Counted from the first letter of the stretch, positions 1 to 10,376 are shown. The stretch: DNA of 64,000 nt from Candidatus Poribacteria bacterium (GCA_964291315.2 OZ219753.1:864001-928000); one strand, 5' to 3'. Notes: a model not told the origin generated them from the letters alone. Program-made: numbers and translations.

Positions 1-1
1 T

Positions 2-1270
2 GCGCTTGCTCTCTGGAATGGTATCAACTTTCTGTATCCGATTTTACCTGAATTACGAACGCGTGTGCGGAGTGTTCAAATCTTTACAGAGAGTCCGTGG
101 AACGCTATGGGTAGAATCCCGTTTTCATTCTATCCTTTTGCTATTGGACTTGGTTTCTTTATCCCGCTGGATCTTTCGTTCTCTTGTTGGTTTTTCTTCT
201 GGTATTGGCGGTTTATGCGGGTTTTTGGTGCTGCGCTTGGGCTGCGCAGCCTCCCTGGCTTCCCTTATATGAGTGAGCAAGCGTCTGGTGGCTATCTTGC
301 GCTATGCATTTTGGCAATTTGGGCAAGTCGAAGGCATCTTTTGCGGGTTGGAAGAACTGTTCTTGGCCTGAATACCCAGCGGAAAAACAGTGAAACGTCT
401 GCTTCAAGCGAACCGATGTCGTATCGGGCAGCTACTTTCTGCCTGATAGCCGTAATGGGGTTTCTTACTGTTTTCTGTTACTACGGTGAGGCTGAAGTGT
501 GGGTGATGTTCACATTTTTTGTAGTTTACTATATGATTTCCATTGCTATAACTCGGATGCGCGCTGAGTTAGGTACTCCTGTTCATGACTTACACTATTC
601 TGGTCCGGATGAAATATTGACTCGCACTGTCGGCACACGCCGGTTGGGTAGAAACAACCTTATTATGTTTTCCATGTTTTGGTTTATCAATCGTGCATAT
701 CGGAGTCATCCGATGCCGCACCAGTTGGAGGGTTTCAAAATCATGGAGCGTACAAACATGACAATGCATCGCATAGTTTTCGCTTTGACGTTAGCAACTG
801 TTTTGGGTTCATTGGCGGGGTTTTGGGCGTTGATTGATCGTGCTTATCGCTTGGGCATGGAAGTGCGGGCTTATTCGCCGTCTCTGAGTGCTTTCGGCAT
901 AGAGCCGTATCGTCGCCTTGCTGGATGGTTACAAGCGCCTGAAGGGGCGCTTATACCGGAGAGCGGGTTTATGGGGGTCGGTTTTCTGTTGACAACGGTG
1001 CTTATGTTTTTTCGGATGCGTTTCGTTTGGTGGCCATTTCATCCTGCTGGATTTGCTATCTCAACAAGTTGGGGCATGAACGTTACGTGGAGTTGTCTAT
1101 TCCTGAGCTGGTTGATCAAGTGGCTTATTCTTCAATATGGCGGTGTGATTCAACATCGCAAGATATCTCCGTTCTTCTTGGGATTAATCTTAGGAGAGTT
1201 TACAGTCGGCAGTCTGTGGACAATTCTCGGAATTATCGCTGGAATTCCTACCTACGGGTTTTGGGTTTAA
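2..1270 (+). CDS. DUF6785/DUF6784-like polytopic membrane protein (putative peptide transporter), 5'-truncated by the window edge
   Basis: Frame is open from position 2 (ALALWNGINFLYP...). Many TM segments; shares PWNAMG, SFYPFAIG, IPLDL, NRAYRxHPMP and WWPxHP motifs with 51090..53063. Confidence 0.75.
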   Translation, partial: ALALWNGINFLYPILPELRTRVRSVQIFTESPWNAMGRIPFSFYPFAIGLGFFIPLDLSFSCWFFFWYWRFMRVFGAALGLRSLPGFPYMSEQASGGYLALCILAIWASRRHLLRVGRTVLGLNTQRKNSETSASSEPMSYRAATFCLIAVMGFLTVFCYYGEAEVWVMFTFFVVYYMISIAITRMRAELGTPVHDLHYSGPDEILTRTVGTRRLGRNNLIMFSMFWFINRAYRSHPMPHQLEGFKIMERTNMTMHRIVFALTLATVLGSLAGFWALIDRAYRLGMEVRAYSPSLSAFGIEPYRRLAGWLQAPEGALIPESGFMGVGFLLTTVLMFFRMRFVWWPFHPAGFAISTSWGMNVTWSCLFLSWLIKWLILQYGGVIQHRKISPFFLGLILGEFTVGSLWTILGIIAGIPTYGFWV

Positions 1271-1319
1271 CCGGTTCAGGTTATCCGGGTGCTGCTGTTC
1301 TCTAACGTCTGATGTAATG

Positions 1320-4193
1320 TTAATACCCTTCATCAGGGCGTGTATTTATCGCTAGGTTTAGTGGTAAGAAAAATAGTGTCAGACTGAACAAAACTGCCCA
1401 CTGCCATTCCCATTTGAGATGTGCCATCCCCAAGAATTGCCTAATAGGTTCGACATAGACAGCAATCAGATGAAGTGCGATGCAGGTGAAGAAGACGATG
1501 AGGAGTTGGGTATTGGCAAACATCCGCTGGAAGAGCGGTTCCCATGGATACCGCAATGTTTGCCAACATGTCGTCAATTGTGTAAGAATCAGCGTGGTAC
1601 ATGCGACTGTTCGCGCTATTGAGATATCCGGGATTTCCTGATTTGTCGGATTTGAAGTGGAGAATACATTTTTCAGTAATGTCGAAATGCCGAGCGGATC
1701 AGAGAGGGCAGGCGAGTTCCAAAGCAGGAAGAAAAACGGGATAACCGTCATCAGCGCGATGGTTGCAGAACGGCAAATAATATCTACAAGTGTTGTTTTC
1801 GAGAAGAAGCGGGAAGTGGAAAAAAGGGTTGGTCGGTGATGTTTTTCATCTGCAAATATTTTTTCTGTTCCGACCGCTAATGAGGGCAGTAAGGTTAGGA
1901 GGAATTGCACCCAAATGACTTGTGTTAACGTCAAAGGCATAGGCAGTTTATAGAGGTAATGTAAGATTGTGCCGAAGGTAAGTGTTAGGAGTAAGGAGAG
2001 CGTGCAGGAGAAACTCCATCTTAGAAAGCCGGCGATATTGTGATATGCTTCTCGTGCGTAAAGTAGTCCGTCTCTTACTGCTTGAAAGCCTTTTGTGTCG
2101 ATTAATCCGTCAGCGACGGCTTGAACGACATGTGATGCTCGGTTGCTATCTGCGAGCGTAGTGTTGGCGACGTTCATGGCGCGCAGGTCTGCGCTATTTT
2201 CGCCGAGGAATCCCACGATTTGTCCTTGTCGTTTCAGGCTGAGAACAATATTTCTGCGTTGTTCCCAGTTGGGTTGAGAATAAGCAAGCCACTTTGAGTT
2301 TTCTGCGTCGAATTTTTCACGTGGAATTTCTTCTAGTTCGTCGGCGGATACGACTGATTTTCTGTTGTGAATTAACCCGAGGTCCTTGGCGAAATCGATT
2401 GTCTGTTGTTTTGTATCTTCTGCCATGAGGATAATTTTAAGTCCGGTATCAAGGCTGGATTTGAGCACCTTCTTTGTTTGTTCACTGTTGCTGACAGAGA
2501 GCGCGATAAACCCCAAAAATGTTGCGCTGTTTTCCATTTCCTGTGGTTTCAAAATAACGTCGGAGGAGTGGAAGGCGACTCCGTAAATCTGGGCTCTAGT
2601 GGTAAGTAGGTAGTTAATAGCTTCGCAGTATTTCTCGTATCGGTCATCTTGCATCGGTACAATTTCGCCACCGATAAAGACTTCTGCACAAGTATCAAGC
2701 ACTATCTGTGCGTCCCCAAAAATGACATTGGAATAGTTCTCTGGTTCTGCCTCGAACACCTTCATCTGATATCCGTAATTACGTGTGGCGGGGTATGAAT
2801 CTACCAAGGGGAGTTTGTGGTGCAGCGCATTGAGTTGGTAGCCGAGTTGTTGGATCGCTTTTTGAATGGTTGCTTGTGCTGAAAGAGCCTCGTTTGGTGT
2901 TCGTGTGTTTGAGTCTTCCTCTATATTGGGAGTCTCGGAATTATCTGTTTGTTGTTGGTTAGAAATACAGAGTCCAGCTGTAAATAGCAGGTGAGGCACA
3001 CCTTGCGGGATTTTTCCGCGGGTCGGCATTGTCTCAACCGTCTCTTGTCGTTCTCTGGGGGACAGGCTTTGCAAAGAGTCTAACCACTGCTGCAAGGCGT
3101 TACCGTCAACGAGTTGTTCATCCACAAAGAGATTAGAGATTGTTAATGTTCGTGTTGTAGAGAGGCCTTCTTCATTTGCGCAGAAGGCGGTAATGCGGCT
3201 CAATTTTTCAAGGCTGCGTGGGTTTCGTAATATAATGCCTTTTGCCAATAGTTTTTGGGTATGCTGCGAAAAAGAGACCCGCAGCAATGAAATGGCATCG
3301 TGTGGTGTAGCGGCAAGGATGAAGAGTACTCCAAGGTATAGCAGTGCGTACCAATCGGTTGACTGCTTCTGATATTCAAACCACCAAGCGACTCCAACAG
3401 TTATGCTGGCAACAATTGCTCCTGCCACTTTCATAGTGTTGTGGAGGTTTTGCGCCTCATTTTCTGCCAGGGTGTTCCGGGTTTTCGGTGCATGGACATC
3501 ACGTCGTTGTTTTCGTATTTCCAGGTCTTTTCCTGTCTGTACAACAATTGCGAATCCGTGTCCTGCCGTGATGTATGTTCCCCCGAATGCCATATTTTTT
3601 TGTTTTTGTGGTGGTACGCCTGCCTCAGTAATATCCGAGCTTGTTTTCATTACTGGTTCTTGAGTACCAAAGAGTGCGGATTCGTCGATCCTCAGTCCTT
3701 CAGATTCGATAATTCGGGCATCAGCTGGCACATAGTCGCCTGCCGTGAGGGGGAGTAGATCACCCGGCAAGATGTCTTCGGGGGGGTATCTGTCTGTTTT
3801 TCCGTCCCGGATGACTTTGACACTGTGTGCCATAAGTTGGCGTATGCTCTTGTCGCGGTTGCGGTTTTGATGGTTTGTCAGATACGCCCATCCGATATGC
3901 AGAATTAAGACAGCTGCAACAACTCCTATCGTAGAAAGACTAATACCGCTTGCTTCCTTGGTAAAGGCGATAATCAAGGTAATCATTGCTAATGTCAGAA
4001 CGATGATGCGCCATGTAACCAGTGGCCCTAGGATCTCTTTAAGAGGCGGCGTTTTTTCCATGGGTTCCAGATCGTTCGTGCCATACTGTGCTTTCGCTTT
4101 TTCTACAGCGGAAGCGCTCAACCCTTGGTTGATACTGGAGTTGAATTTATTCAATATGGATGCAATGTTTTCGGTATAAAAATTTGGTATCAT
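1320..4193 (-). CDS. P-type (PII-like) cation ATPase homolog, catalytically degenerate
   Basis: N-terminal GLS...YGxNxL, PGD...GDYVPADARI, KNMAFGGT and the C-terminal TM bundle are present; DKTGT reads NEEGL, TGES reads FGTQ, GDGVND reads GENSAD. Confidence 0.85.
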   Translation of the reverse strand: MIPNFYTENIASILNKFNSSINQGLSASAVEKAKAQYGTNDLEPMEKTPPLKEILGPLVTWRIIVLTLAMITLIIAFTKEASGISLSTIGVVAAVLILHIGWAYLTNHQNRNRDKSIRQLMAHSVKVIRDGKTDRYPPEDILPGDLLPLTAGDYVPADARIIESEGLRIDESALFGTQEPVMKTSSDITEAGVPPQKQKNMAFGGTYITAGHGFAIVVQTGKDLEIRKQRRDVHAPKTRNTLAENEAQNLHNTMKVAGAIVASITVGVAWWFEYQKQSTDWYALLYLGVLFILAATPHDAISLLRVSFSQHTQKLLAKGIILRNPRSLEKLSRITAFCANEEGLSTTRTLTISNLFVDEQLVDGNALQQWLDSLQSLSPRERQETVETMPTRGKIPQGVPHLLFTAGLCISNQQQTDNSETPNIEEDSNTRTPNEALSAQATIQKAIQQLGYQLNALHHKLPLVDSYPATRNYGYQMKVFEAEPENYSNVIFGDAQIVLDTCAEVFIGGEIVPMQDDRYEKYCEAINYLLTTRAQIYGVAFHSSDVILKPQEMENSATFLGFIALSVSNSEQTKKVLKSSLDTGLKIILMAEDTKQQTIDFAKDLGLIHNRKSVVSADELEEIPREKFDAENSKWLAYSQPNWEQRRNIVLSLKRQGQIVGFLGENSADLRAMNVANTTLADSNRASHVVQAVADGLIDTKGFQAVRDGLLYAREAYHNIAGFLRWSFSCTLSLLLTLTFGTILHYLYKLPMPLTLTQVIWVQFLLTLLPSLAVGTEKIFADEKHHRPTLFSTSRFFSKTTLVDIICRSATIALMTVIPFFFLLWNSPALSDPLGISTLLKNVFSTSNPTNQEIPDISIARTVACTTLILTQLTTCWQTLRYPWEPLFQRMFANTQLLIVFFTCIALHLIAVYVEPIRQFLGMAHLKWEWQWAVLFSLTLFFLPLNLAINTRPDEGY

Positions 4194-4283
4194 ATTTTTT
4201 TAAGTGCAAGGCTTTAGCGGATTGGGGAACCTATGTCCCCATGAAATTCCAAAGTTAGCAATCCTGATTGATATTTCGGGGTG

Positions 4284-5207
4284 CTAGCAAAACACATGCA
4301 CCTTTGTTCCGTGTGCATCTGGCTTTAGGATCTTGCTGTTGCAGATTATTTGATGGTTTTTGAATGCACGCTGCATCTCTTTTGCAATCTTTTCGGGGTT
4401 TTCTAGACAATAGGCTGCTATGGTTGGACCTGCGCCGCTCAGAGCAACGCTAAGTGCCCCAGCGTCAGTGGCAGCTTCAGCAACCTCTTTAAACCCTGGG
4501 ATCAGTGAGGTTCGATAGGGCTGATGGAGTTTATCCTTCATAGCGACTCTCAACATTTCAAATTGCTTGGTGGCGATGCTAGCAATGAGGAGTGTACTGC
4601 GGCTTGTATTATAGATCGCATCCGAGAAGGGAACATATTGTGGTAGAACCGTGCGTGCTCTTTGGGTTGAGAGCGGAAAATCTGGAATAGCGAGTACAAC
4701 AGAGAGTTCAGGCGGACATGGCATCTGAATGGTATGCACTTCTCCATTCTCTTGTGCTGAGACAACGATACCCCCATATAAAGATGCTGCCACGTTGTCT
4801 GGGTGTCCCTCCATTTGTGTTGCAAAGTTAAGGAGTTCAACGTCAGAAAATGGTGTGTGACACAGGGCGTTTGCGGTCAACAATCCCCCGAGAATAGCTG
4901 TACCACTGCCCCCCAATCCGCGAGTTGCCGGTATGCCGTTGTTTATATATAATTTGAAGCCGTTTGGGCGTTTGGTTCCACTTTGCTTGAAAACTAGTTC
5001 TACTGCTTGGAACGCTATGTGTTCTGGTGTACTTTGTATTTTATCGGTGTCTACGCCGCTTACAACGACTTCAGTTTTTGTTTCGGATGGTTCCAATGTG
5101 ACTGTACTATAGAGCTGTAAAGCGAGTCCTAGCACATCAAAGCCGGGCCCCAAATTTGTTGTGCTGGCTGGGATCCGGGCGGTAGCTTTCTTGAAATTGT
5201 GAGGCAT
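4284..5207 (-). CDS. thrB: homoserine kinase
   Basis: PASTTNLGPGFDVLGLAL, IPATRGLGGSG, EGHPDNVAA, HQPYR, LSGAGPT. Confidence 0.95.
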   Translation of the reverse strand: MPHNFKKATARIPASTTNLGPGFDVLGLALQLYSTVTLEPSETKTEVVVSGVDTDKIQSTPEHIAFQAVELVFKQSGTKRPNGFKLYINNGIPATRGLGGSGTAILGGLLTANALCHTPFSDVELLNFATQMEGHPDNVAASLYGGIVVSAQENGEVHTIQMPCPPELSVVLAIPDFPLSTQRARTVLPQYVPFSDAIYNTSRSTLLIASIATKQFEMLRVAMKDKLHQPYRTSLIPGFKEVAEAATDAGALSVALSGAGPTIAAYCLENPEKIAKEMQRAFKNHQIICNSKILKPDAHGTKVHVFC

Positions 5208-5251
5208 ATAAAAAAGATCCTATTATCCTCTACGATTGTTTGTCAGTCTTA

Positions 5252-5299
5252 GGTTATCAGTTAGGAGTTTTCGTTAACAGAGGTCTCTGAACTGATACC
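5252..5299. repeat. intergenic palindromic (REP-like) element
   Basis: GGTTATCAGTT...AACTGATACC inverted arms; similar arms occur in other intergenic regions. Confidence 0.4.
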
Positions 5300-5310
5300 T
5301 ATTGGTGTTG

Positions 5311-6483
5311 CTACAATTTCATAATTGCAGTTTTCATTCTATCCAATGCCTCTTGGATATTTTCCAATGAGTTCGCGTACGACAGGCGGAGATAACCGTC
5401 GCCATATTTGCCGAAGGATGTGCCTGGCAATAAAGCGACATCTGCTTCATCCATTAGATGATCAGCGAGCGTTTCACAGGAAAGAGGGAGTTGTGTGACG
5501 TTGGGGAATACATAGAATGAGCCGAGCGGTTTAATGCAGCTCACTCCTTCGATAGCGTTCAGTCCGTTCACAATAGCGTCACGTCGTTTCTGAAATTCGC
5601 TTACCATTTCTGTGACAAATGTTTGTGGGCCGGTGAGTGCCTCTATTCCGGCGATTTGTGTGAAGGTAGCGGTACATGAATTGGAGTTAATCGTTAGCTG
5701 TGTAATCTTATCTGCGATTTCTCGTGGAGCGATTCCGTATCCGAGTCGCCATCCTGTCATTGCGTAGGTTTTAGAGTGACCATCAATGAGAATAGTTCGC
5801 TTCTTCATGCCGGGGAGGTTGATGATGCTGTGGTGTTGTCCTTCATAGAGAATGCGAGAGTAGACTTCATCGGTAAGCACATAAAAGTTATGTTTTTCTG
5901 CAAGTTCTGCGATGGCTTTGAGGTCTTCTAGGGTTAGTGTTCCGCCTGTGGGGTTCTGCGGGGAGTTGAGAATCAGTAATTTTGTTCGATCGGAGATTGC
6001 GCTGGACAGCTCGTCGAATCGGAACCGGAAATCTACTTCCTCGCGGAGCGGCAGGGGTACAGCTTTCCCGCCGATGAAGTCGATGACTGATTCATAAACG
6101 GGGAAGCCCGGTTCTGGATAAATTACTTCATCGCCATCATCGATGAGTGCCAAGATCGTAAAGAAAATGATTGGCTTAGCCCCAGGTGTCACCGTCACTT
6201 CGTCGGGGTGTATATTGACTCTGCGGGTTTCTGTTATGTGTTCTGCGATAACTTCTCGAAACTCTGGTAACCCTGCGGATGGACAGTAGCCGGTATGCCC
6301 GTCCTTCATTGCTTGGTATGCTGCCTCGATGATGTTAATCGGTGTTGTGAAATCTGGCTGCCCTATCTCTAAGTGGATGATGTTTCTGCCTTGTGCTTCT
6401 AATTGTTTTGCTTTGGCAAGCACTTCGAAAGCGGATTCTGTTCCCAATCGATTCATCCGCGGGGCGAATGTGGATATTTCCAA
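5311..6483 (-). CDS. PLP-dependent aminotransferase class I/II (aspartate aminotransferase family)
   Basis: IGQPDF, NSPQNPTG, DEVY, SKTYAMTGWRLGY; TTG start at 6483 follows an AGGAGG RBS. Confidence 0.9.
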   Translation of the reverse strand: MEISTFAPRMNRLGTESAFEVLAKAKQLEAQGRNIIHLEIGQPDFTTPINIIEAAYQAMKDGHTGYCPSAGLPEFREVIAEHITETRRVNIHPDEVTVTPGAKPIIFFTILALIDDGDEVIYPEPGFPVYESVIDFIGGKAVPLPLREEVDFRFRFDELSSAISDRTKLLILNSPQNPTGGTLTLEDLKAIAELAEKHNFYVLTDEVYSRILYEGQHHSIINLPGMKKRTILIDGHSKTYAMTGWRLGYGIAPREIADKITQLTINSNSCTATFTQIAGIEALTGPQTFVTEMVSEFQKRRDAIVNGLNAIEGVSCIKPLGSFYVFPNVTQLPLSCETLADHLMDEADVALLPGTSFGKYGDGYLRLSYANSLENIQEALDRMKTAIMKL

Positions 6484-6629
6484 AATTATACCTCCTATAC
6501 CACAAAAAATGGTTCGTTCAGGTTTGGACGGCAAGTGGCAAACCTGAGTTCTAGAATTGTATATTGGTTTCAGATGTGGATCTAAGGAGTAGCAGTATCT
6601 GTGATGCTTCTACTCCGTTATGTGATGCT

Positions 6630-7688
6630 TTATTCCAGATGCATGATGGTTCCTGTGGAGCTTGCTAGCCACACGTTTTTTTCATCAAGTACAAAGACTT
6701 TGACCAATTTTTCCTTATATTCTTCGAGTTGCCAAGTTTTGCCGCCATCTGTTGTATGTAGGATGGCCCCAACTCCCAGGTCGCCTCCGGTGGCCCATCC
6801 GTTATTTTCGTCAGCGAACCCGACGCTTCGCAGGGTTTCCTGTGTGCCGCTGGTCTGATCTGTCCAAGTTTCGCCGCCGTTGTTGGTGTGAAGGATTACG
6901 CCATTTTCGCCGACTGCCCATCCTATTGAGGCATTAAGAAAGAAGATGTCTTCGAGAATGTCTTCTCTCCCGGTGTCTTGCGTGACCCAGCTCCGCGCCC
7001 CGTCAGTGGTTTTCTGAATGAGGGAGCTCTGCGTTTTTGCGCTGGGGCTCACGTGGACTCCTGCGAGCCAGCCTGTTTCTTCATTTAGGAACTGGACAGC
7101 GTTGTACATATTCGCGTCGTCATCACCAATTTGCCCGAGGAGTCCTCCTTGGAGGACTTTCCATGAACGTCCGCCGTTTCTTGTGGAAAGGATTGTGTCG
7201 CTTTCTCCTACGGCGAACCCGATATCTTTATTAGCGAAGTAGATGTCTTTAAGACCGTTTCCGACTTTGCTTGCTTGCAGGTCCCAGTCTTGACCGTTAG
7301 TAGTTGCTACGATTGTACCGTTTGCGCCGACTGCCCATCCGTATTTATCATCTAAGAAGTAAACTTCGGCTAAATCGGCGCTAATTTTGACCTCCGATTT
7401 CTTCCAGGATGCTCCGCCGTTTGTCGTGTAACCGATAAACCCGGGGTTCTCGAAGTCCTCGAATGATGCTGCGCCGACTACCCACCCCGTGTTTTTGCTA
7501 GTAAAGGTGAGCGACATGTAATCTCGGAAGTCTGGATCACGTTCTTGCAGGACTGTCCAGGCTTCCGCGGATGGTAAAGCAGCAAAAATGGAGTAAGCGG
7601 TTGCTACGGCTAGAAGGGTTGCTAAATGCAATGTGAGTTTTAAACTGTTTCGTCTGAACCGAAGTCCGTGTGACTTCAATTTATTCAT
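6630..7688 (-). CDS. YCF48-related / BNR-repeat beta-propeller secreted protein
   Basis: Signal peptide; repeated F.....GW.VG..G.I..T.DGG.TW units. Confidence 0.85.
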   Translation of the reverse strand: MNKLKSHGLRFRRNSLKLTLHLATLLAVATAYSIFAALPSAEAWTVLQERDPDFRDYMSLTFTSKNTGWVVGAASFEDFENPGFIGYTTNGGASWKKSEVKISADLAEVYFLDDKYGWAVGANGTIVATTNGQDWDLQASKVGNGLKDIYFANKDIGFAVGESDTILSTRNGGRSWKVLQGGLLGQIGDDDANMYNAVQFLNEETGWLAGVHVSPSAKTQSSLIQKTTDGARSWVTQDTGREDILEDIFFLNASIGWAVGENGVILHTNNGGETWTDQTSGTQETLRSVGFADENNGWATGGDLGVGAILHTTDGGKTWQLEEYKEKLVKVFVLDEKNVWLASSTGTIMHLE

Positions 7689-7740
7689 CTTTATTCTTTC
7701 TCCTTTATTTTATCAGCTTCTATAAGCAGGTTTTCAAGCG

Positions 7741-7769
7741 TTGAGGTACACCGAAGATATTATTACACT
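7741..7769 (+). promoter_or_regulatory. putative sigma70 promoter for the candidate ncRNA
   Basis: TTGAGG-17bp-TACACT ending 5 nt before a long hairpin. Confidence 0.35.
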
Positions 7770-7773
7770 AGCG

Positions 7774-7863
7774 GTGTGCCTTTAAATATGAGGCTGTGAA
7801 TAGAAGGTGTCTTAGTCTATCTCTCGGGAGATTGGGTTCTGAACACCTATAGCCAAGGCATAT
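7774..7863 (+). ncRNA. candidate ~90-nt rod-shaped RNA, family unknown
   Basis: Nested pairings GTGTGCCTT/AAGGCATAT, GGCT/AGCC, AGGTGT/ACACCT, ATCTC-TCGG-GAGAT; G-U pairs favour the + strand. Confidence 0.35.
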
Positions 7864-7887
7864 TGTGTTGACAAAAGCCATTTTTAT

Positions 7888-7917
7888 ATTATAACCGTGA
7901 ATTAAAAAATAAGTCAA
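7888..7917 (-). promoter_or_regulatory. putative sigma70 promoter for the YCF48-like gene
   Basis: TTGACT-18bp-TATAAT on the minus strand in AT-rich DNA. Confidence 0.45.
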
Positions 7918-8006
7918 TAATTTTTTTTGTAATTTCAGTTGTGTTCGTGATCTTCTCACGTTCCTATGTAGAAATGCGGGTTTGGCATTGCTTGCGACGT
8001 TGCAAT

Positions 8007-9392
8007 CTACTTAGCAACAATCAAAGTGCCTGTTTCAAAACTTTCGCCTACTTGAAGTTGATACACATAAACGCCGCTTTCTACAATTTCCGCGTTTTCG
8101 TCGCGTCCGGTCCATGTCAAGACTGTTTCTCCCGGCATCGCGGTTAAGGTTTTGACGAGGCTTCCATCAATACTGTAAATAAGCACTGTGAATTCGCCCG
8201 AGGCATCTTCAAGTGCGCGTGCGGGGAACACAACTTGATTGAAATCTGGATTTGGAGAGAGCGGTGTGAATGGGTTTGGATAGGGTTTGTCAAACAGACG
8301 GAGTTTTTTCTGTATAGGTTCGGATCTGTTATTTGCTTCGTCAACAGCGATAACTGCGTAAGTAAAGCTTCCTATAGATAAAGGTCGGGTATCAATAAAT
8401 TTATATTCTGTTTTTGTTTCGCGTATTTCTCCGTTTGGGAGAGGGGTGAGTCGGTTGGTTTCAGGTGATCCGAAGAGTACCCGGTAGGTTGTTACGTCGC
8501 GACTGACGCTCGGTTTCCAAAGCACTTCGACACCATCGCTTGAGTTAATAATGCTCAGCATCGACGGCGGTTCTGGTGCAGCAGTATCGGTTGATACTTC
8601 TACTGTTTGAACTGTGGAACGTTCGGATTGCAAAAAGAGCGTTTTATAAGCGGTTATCTGATATGTGTGACTTCCTGGTGGCACGTTTATCTCGCGAAAC
8701 GTTGTTGCGGAACGGTTTTCAACATTGATAGGGGGTTCTTTATCTCTGTAGATGAGGTAGCCGTTGATGTCCAAGTCCTCGGATTTCTGCCAGCGTAGCG
8801 TCACATCGTTCTCGCCTGTTGCATCGGGGCTAGCAATAAAATCGATGACTGGCTCGGGCGGGACGTTGGCAATTACCTCTAAGGTAAAGTCATCATTGTT
8901 GAGTTTCCCGTCTGCCTGGCCGGATCGGATAAATTCTCCGATAGGAGTGTCTTGGAGGTTACGCAGTCGAGCTCTGAACACCGTTTCTAAGATGACGGTA
9001 TTTGGTGTTCGGGCGTCGAACGTAATTTCATAGATTGAGTTCTGAAAATCGACGACGGCATCTGCTAACTCAACGCGTAGGACGGTTCCGCCAGAGACTA
9101 CCGCTCTCGCTGCAATTGGATTTCCGTCTCGTCTGATTTGTTTAAAAGAGGGCGGTTGGGTCAGAAATCCGGTGGGCATTAAGACTTCGATGGTTTTAAT
9201 TTCTTCACCTGGTTCTGCCAAAGATCTATCAACGACAAGGGTTACAACCAATGGCACTGTTGAACTAGCGGGGACAACGCCTTTGGTTTCGCCTGTGACA
9301 TTAATTTCTCCGACGGAAGTAACTGCCCCAAAACTCTTGCTGTTGCTGAACAAACTACAGATGATTATGAGAACGATGACTGTTTTTTTCAT
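8007..9392 (-). CDS. secreted fibronectin type III protein with C-terminal FlgD-Ig (T9SS CTD-like) domain
   Basis: Signal peptide; two FN3-like units (V.L.W..S.D.....Y..Y, Y.V.AVD.A.N.S); C-terminal YPNPF...WTGRDENAEIVESGVYVYQL. Confidence 0.8.
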   Translation of the reverse strand: MKKTVIVLIIICSLFSNSKSFGAVTSVGEINVTGETKGVVPASSTVPLVVTLVVDRSLAEPGEEIKTIEVLMPTGFLTQPPSFKQIRRDGNPIAARAVVSGGTVLRVELADAVVDFQNSIYEITFDARTPNTVILETVFRARLRNLQDTPIGEFIRSGQADGKLNNDDFTLEVIANVPPEPVIDFIASPDATGENDVTLRWQKSEDLDINGYLIYRDKEPPINVENRSATTFREINVPPGSHTYQITAYKTLFLQSERSTVQTVEVSTDTAAPEPPSMLSIINSSDGVEVLWKPSVSRDVTTYRVLFGSPETNRLTPLPNGEIRETKTEYKFIDTRPLSIGSFTYAVIAVDEANNRSEPIQKKLRLFDKPYPNPFTPLSPNPDFNQVVFPARALEDASGEFTVLIYSIDGSLVKTLTAMPGETVLTWTGRDENAEIVESGVYVYQLQVGESFETGTLIVAK

Positions 9393-9407
9393 GAAGCGAA
9401 GTCCTCT

Positions 9408-10376
9408 TTAAAATAGTAGGTTAAGTGAGAACCGTTGGGTTGTACCGTTTTGGAGGTCTCCGGTGAGCGTTTGAAGGCCATAGTCGAGTTGGAGATGGGT
9501 GCTGCTGATCGGAATTTTAGTGCTTCCGCCAAAACAGAGCATTGTTGCGGTGTTTACACCATTTTTCGCGGCATATCCGCCGCGGAGGGCGATGTTTGTG
9601 TTTAGCCAGATTTCTATGCCTGTGCGTATATAGATTTCACCGTTTCGGGAGGCGATCTCGAGCGTTCCTAGACTTGATTTCAACAAGTTGCTAACGGTTT
9701 CGCCTTGGGTACTCATTTCCGCTATAGATTCGAGTCTATATACTAGACCTGCGCGGACGTTCAGTGGCACCGAGTCTGTGTGTGTCTCAGAGATACTTGT
9801 GTTTGCTGGAAGTAGGTTTTCTACGGAGGCGCCGAGGCTCAAGCTCTGAAATGGTTTGGCAATCACGCCGAGGTCTAATGAGAGGGCTGAGCTGGAGGTA
9901 TTGACAAAATACGGATTCTCGGCGACGAATTCGTTTGTTTCATCGAAAGCGGTACCGAAGAGTTTCAAATTGACACCGATCGCCAATTGTTTGAGAGGGG
10001 CGTTTCCGTAAGAGATACGGATTACCTGTTCCTGATATATCTCGGAATCTTCTGCCAAGACCTCGAGGCTCGCGCCGAGGGATCCTATTCGTTGGAGCGG
10101 GATAATACCGCTGATACTATTGTACGTGATAAACCCATTGAATCGCCGTGCATGTGTTGCTCCAATTTGAGTTGTGTCTATATAGCCGAGTCCAGCGGCA
10201 TTGTAGCTTGCAGCGTTGCTATCATCGGCGAGGGCAACAAAAGCGCCTGCTAAACCCAAGGGTCTTGCCCCGATCCCGATGTCGTTGAAGGTCGCGGAGG
10301 CACCTATTGGGAAAAATAGGGCGATCAGTAGAATTATATGAGGTCTGTGTTTCAAGCTATTGTTTCCTTTTAGCAA
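9408..10376 (-). CDS. PorV/PorQ-like outer-membrane beta-barrel
   Basis: GARPLGLAGAFVALADDSNAASYNAAGL signature, alternating beta-strands, C-terminal Phe. Confidence 0.75.
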   Translation of the reverse strand: MLKGNNSLKHRPHIILLIALFFPIGASATFNDIGIGARPLGLAGAFVALADDSNAASYNAAGLGYIDTTQIGATHARRFNGFITYNSISGIIPLQRIGSLGASLEVLAEDSEIYQEQVIRISYGNAPLKQLAIGVNLKLFGTAFDETNEFVAENPYFVNTSSSALSLDLGVIAKPFQSLSLGASVENLLPANTSISETHTDSVPLNVRAGLVYRLESIAEMSTQGETVSNLLKSSLGTLEIASRNGEIYIRTGIEIWLNTNIALRGGYAAKNGVNTATMLCFGGSTKIPISSTHLQLDYGLQTLTGDLQNGTTQRFSLNLLF

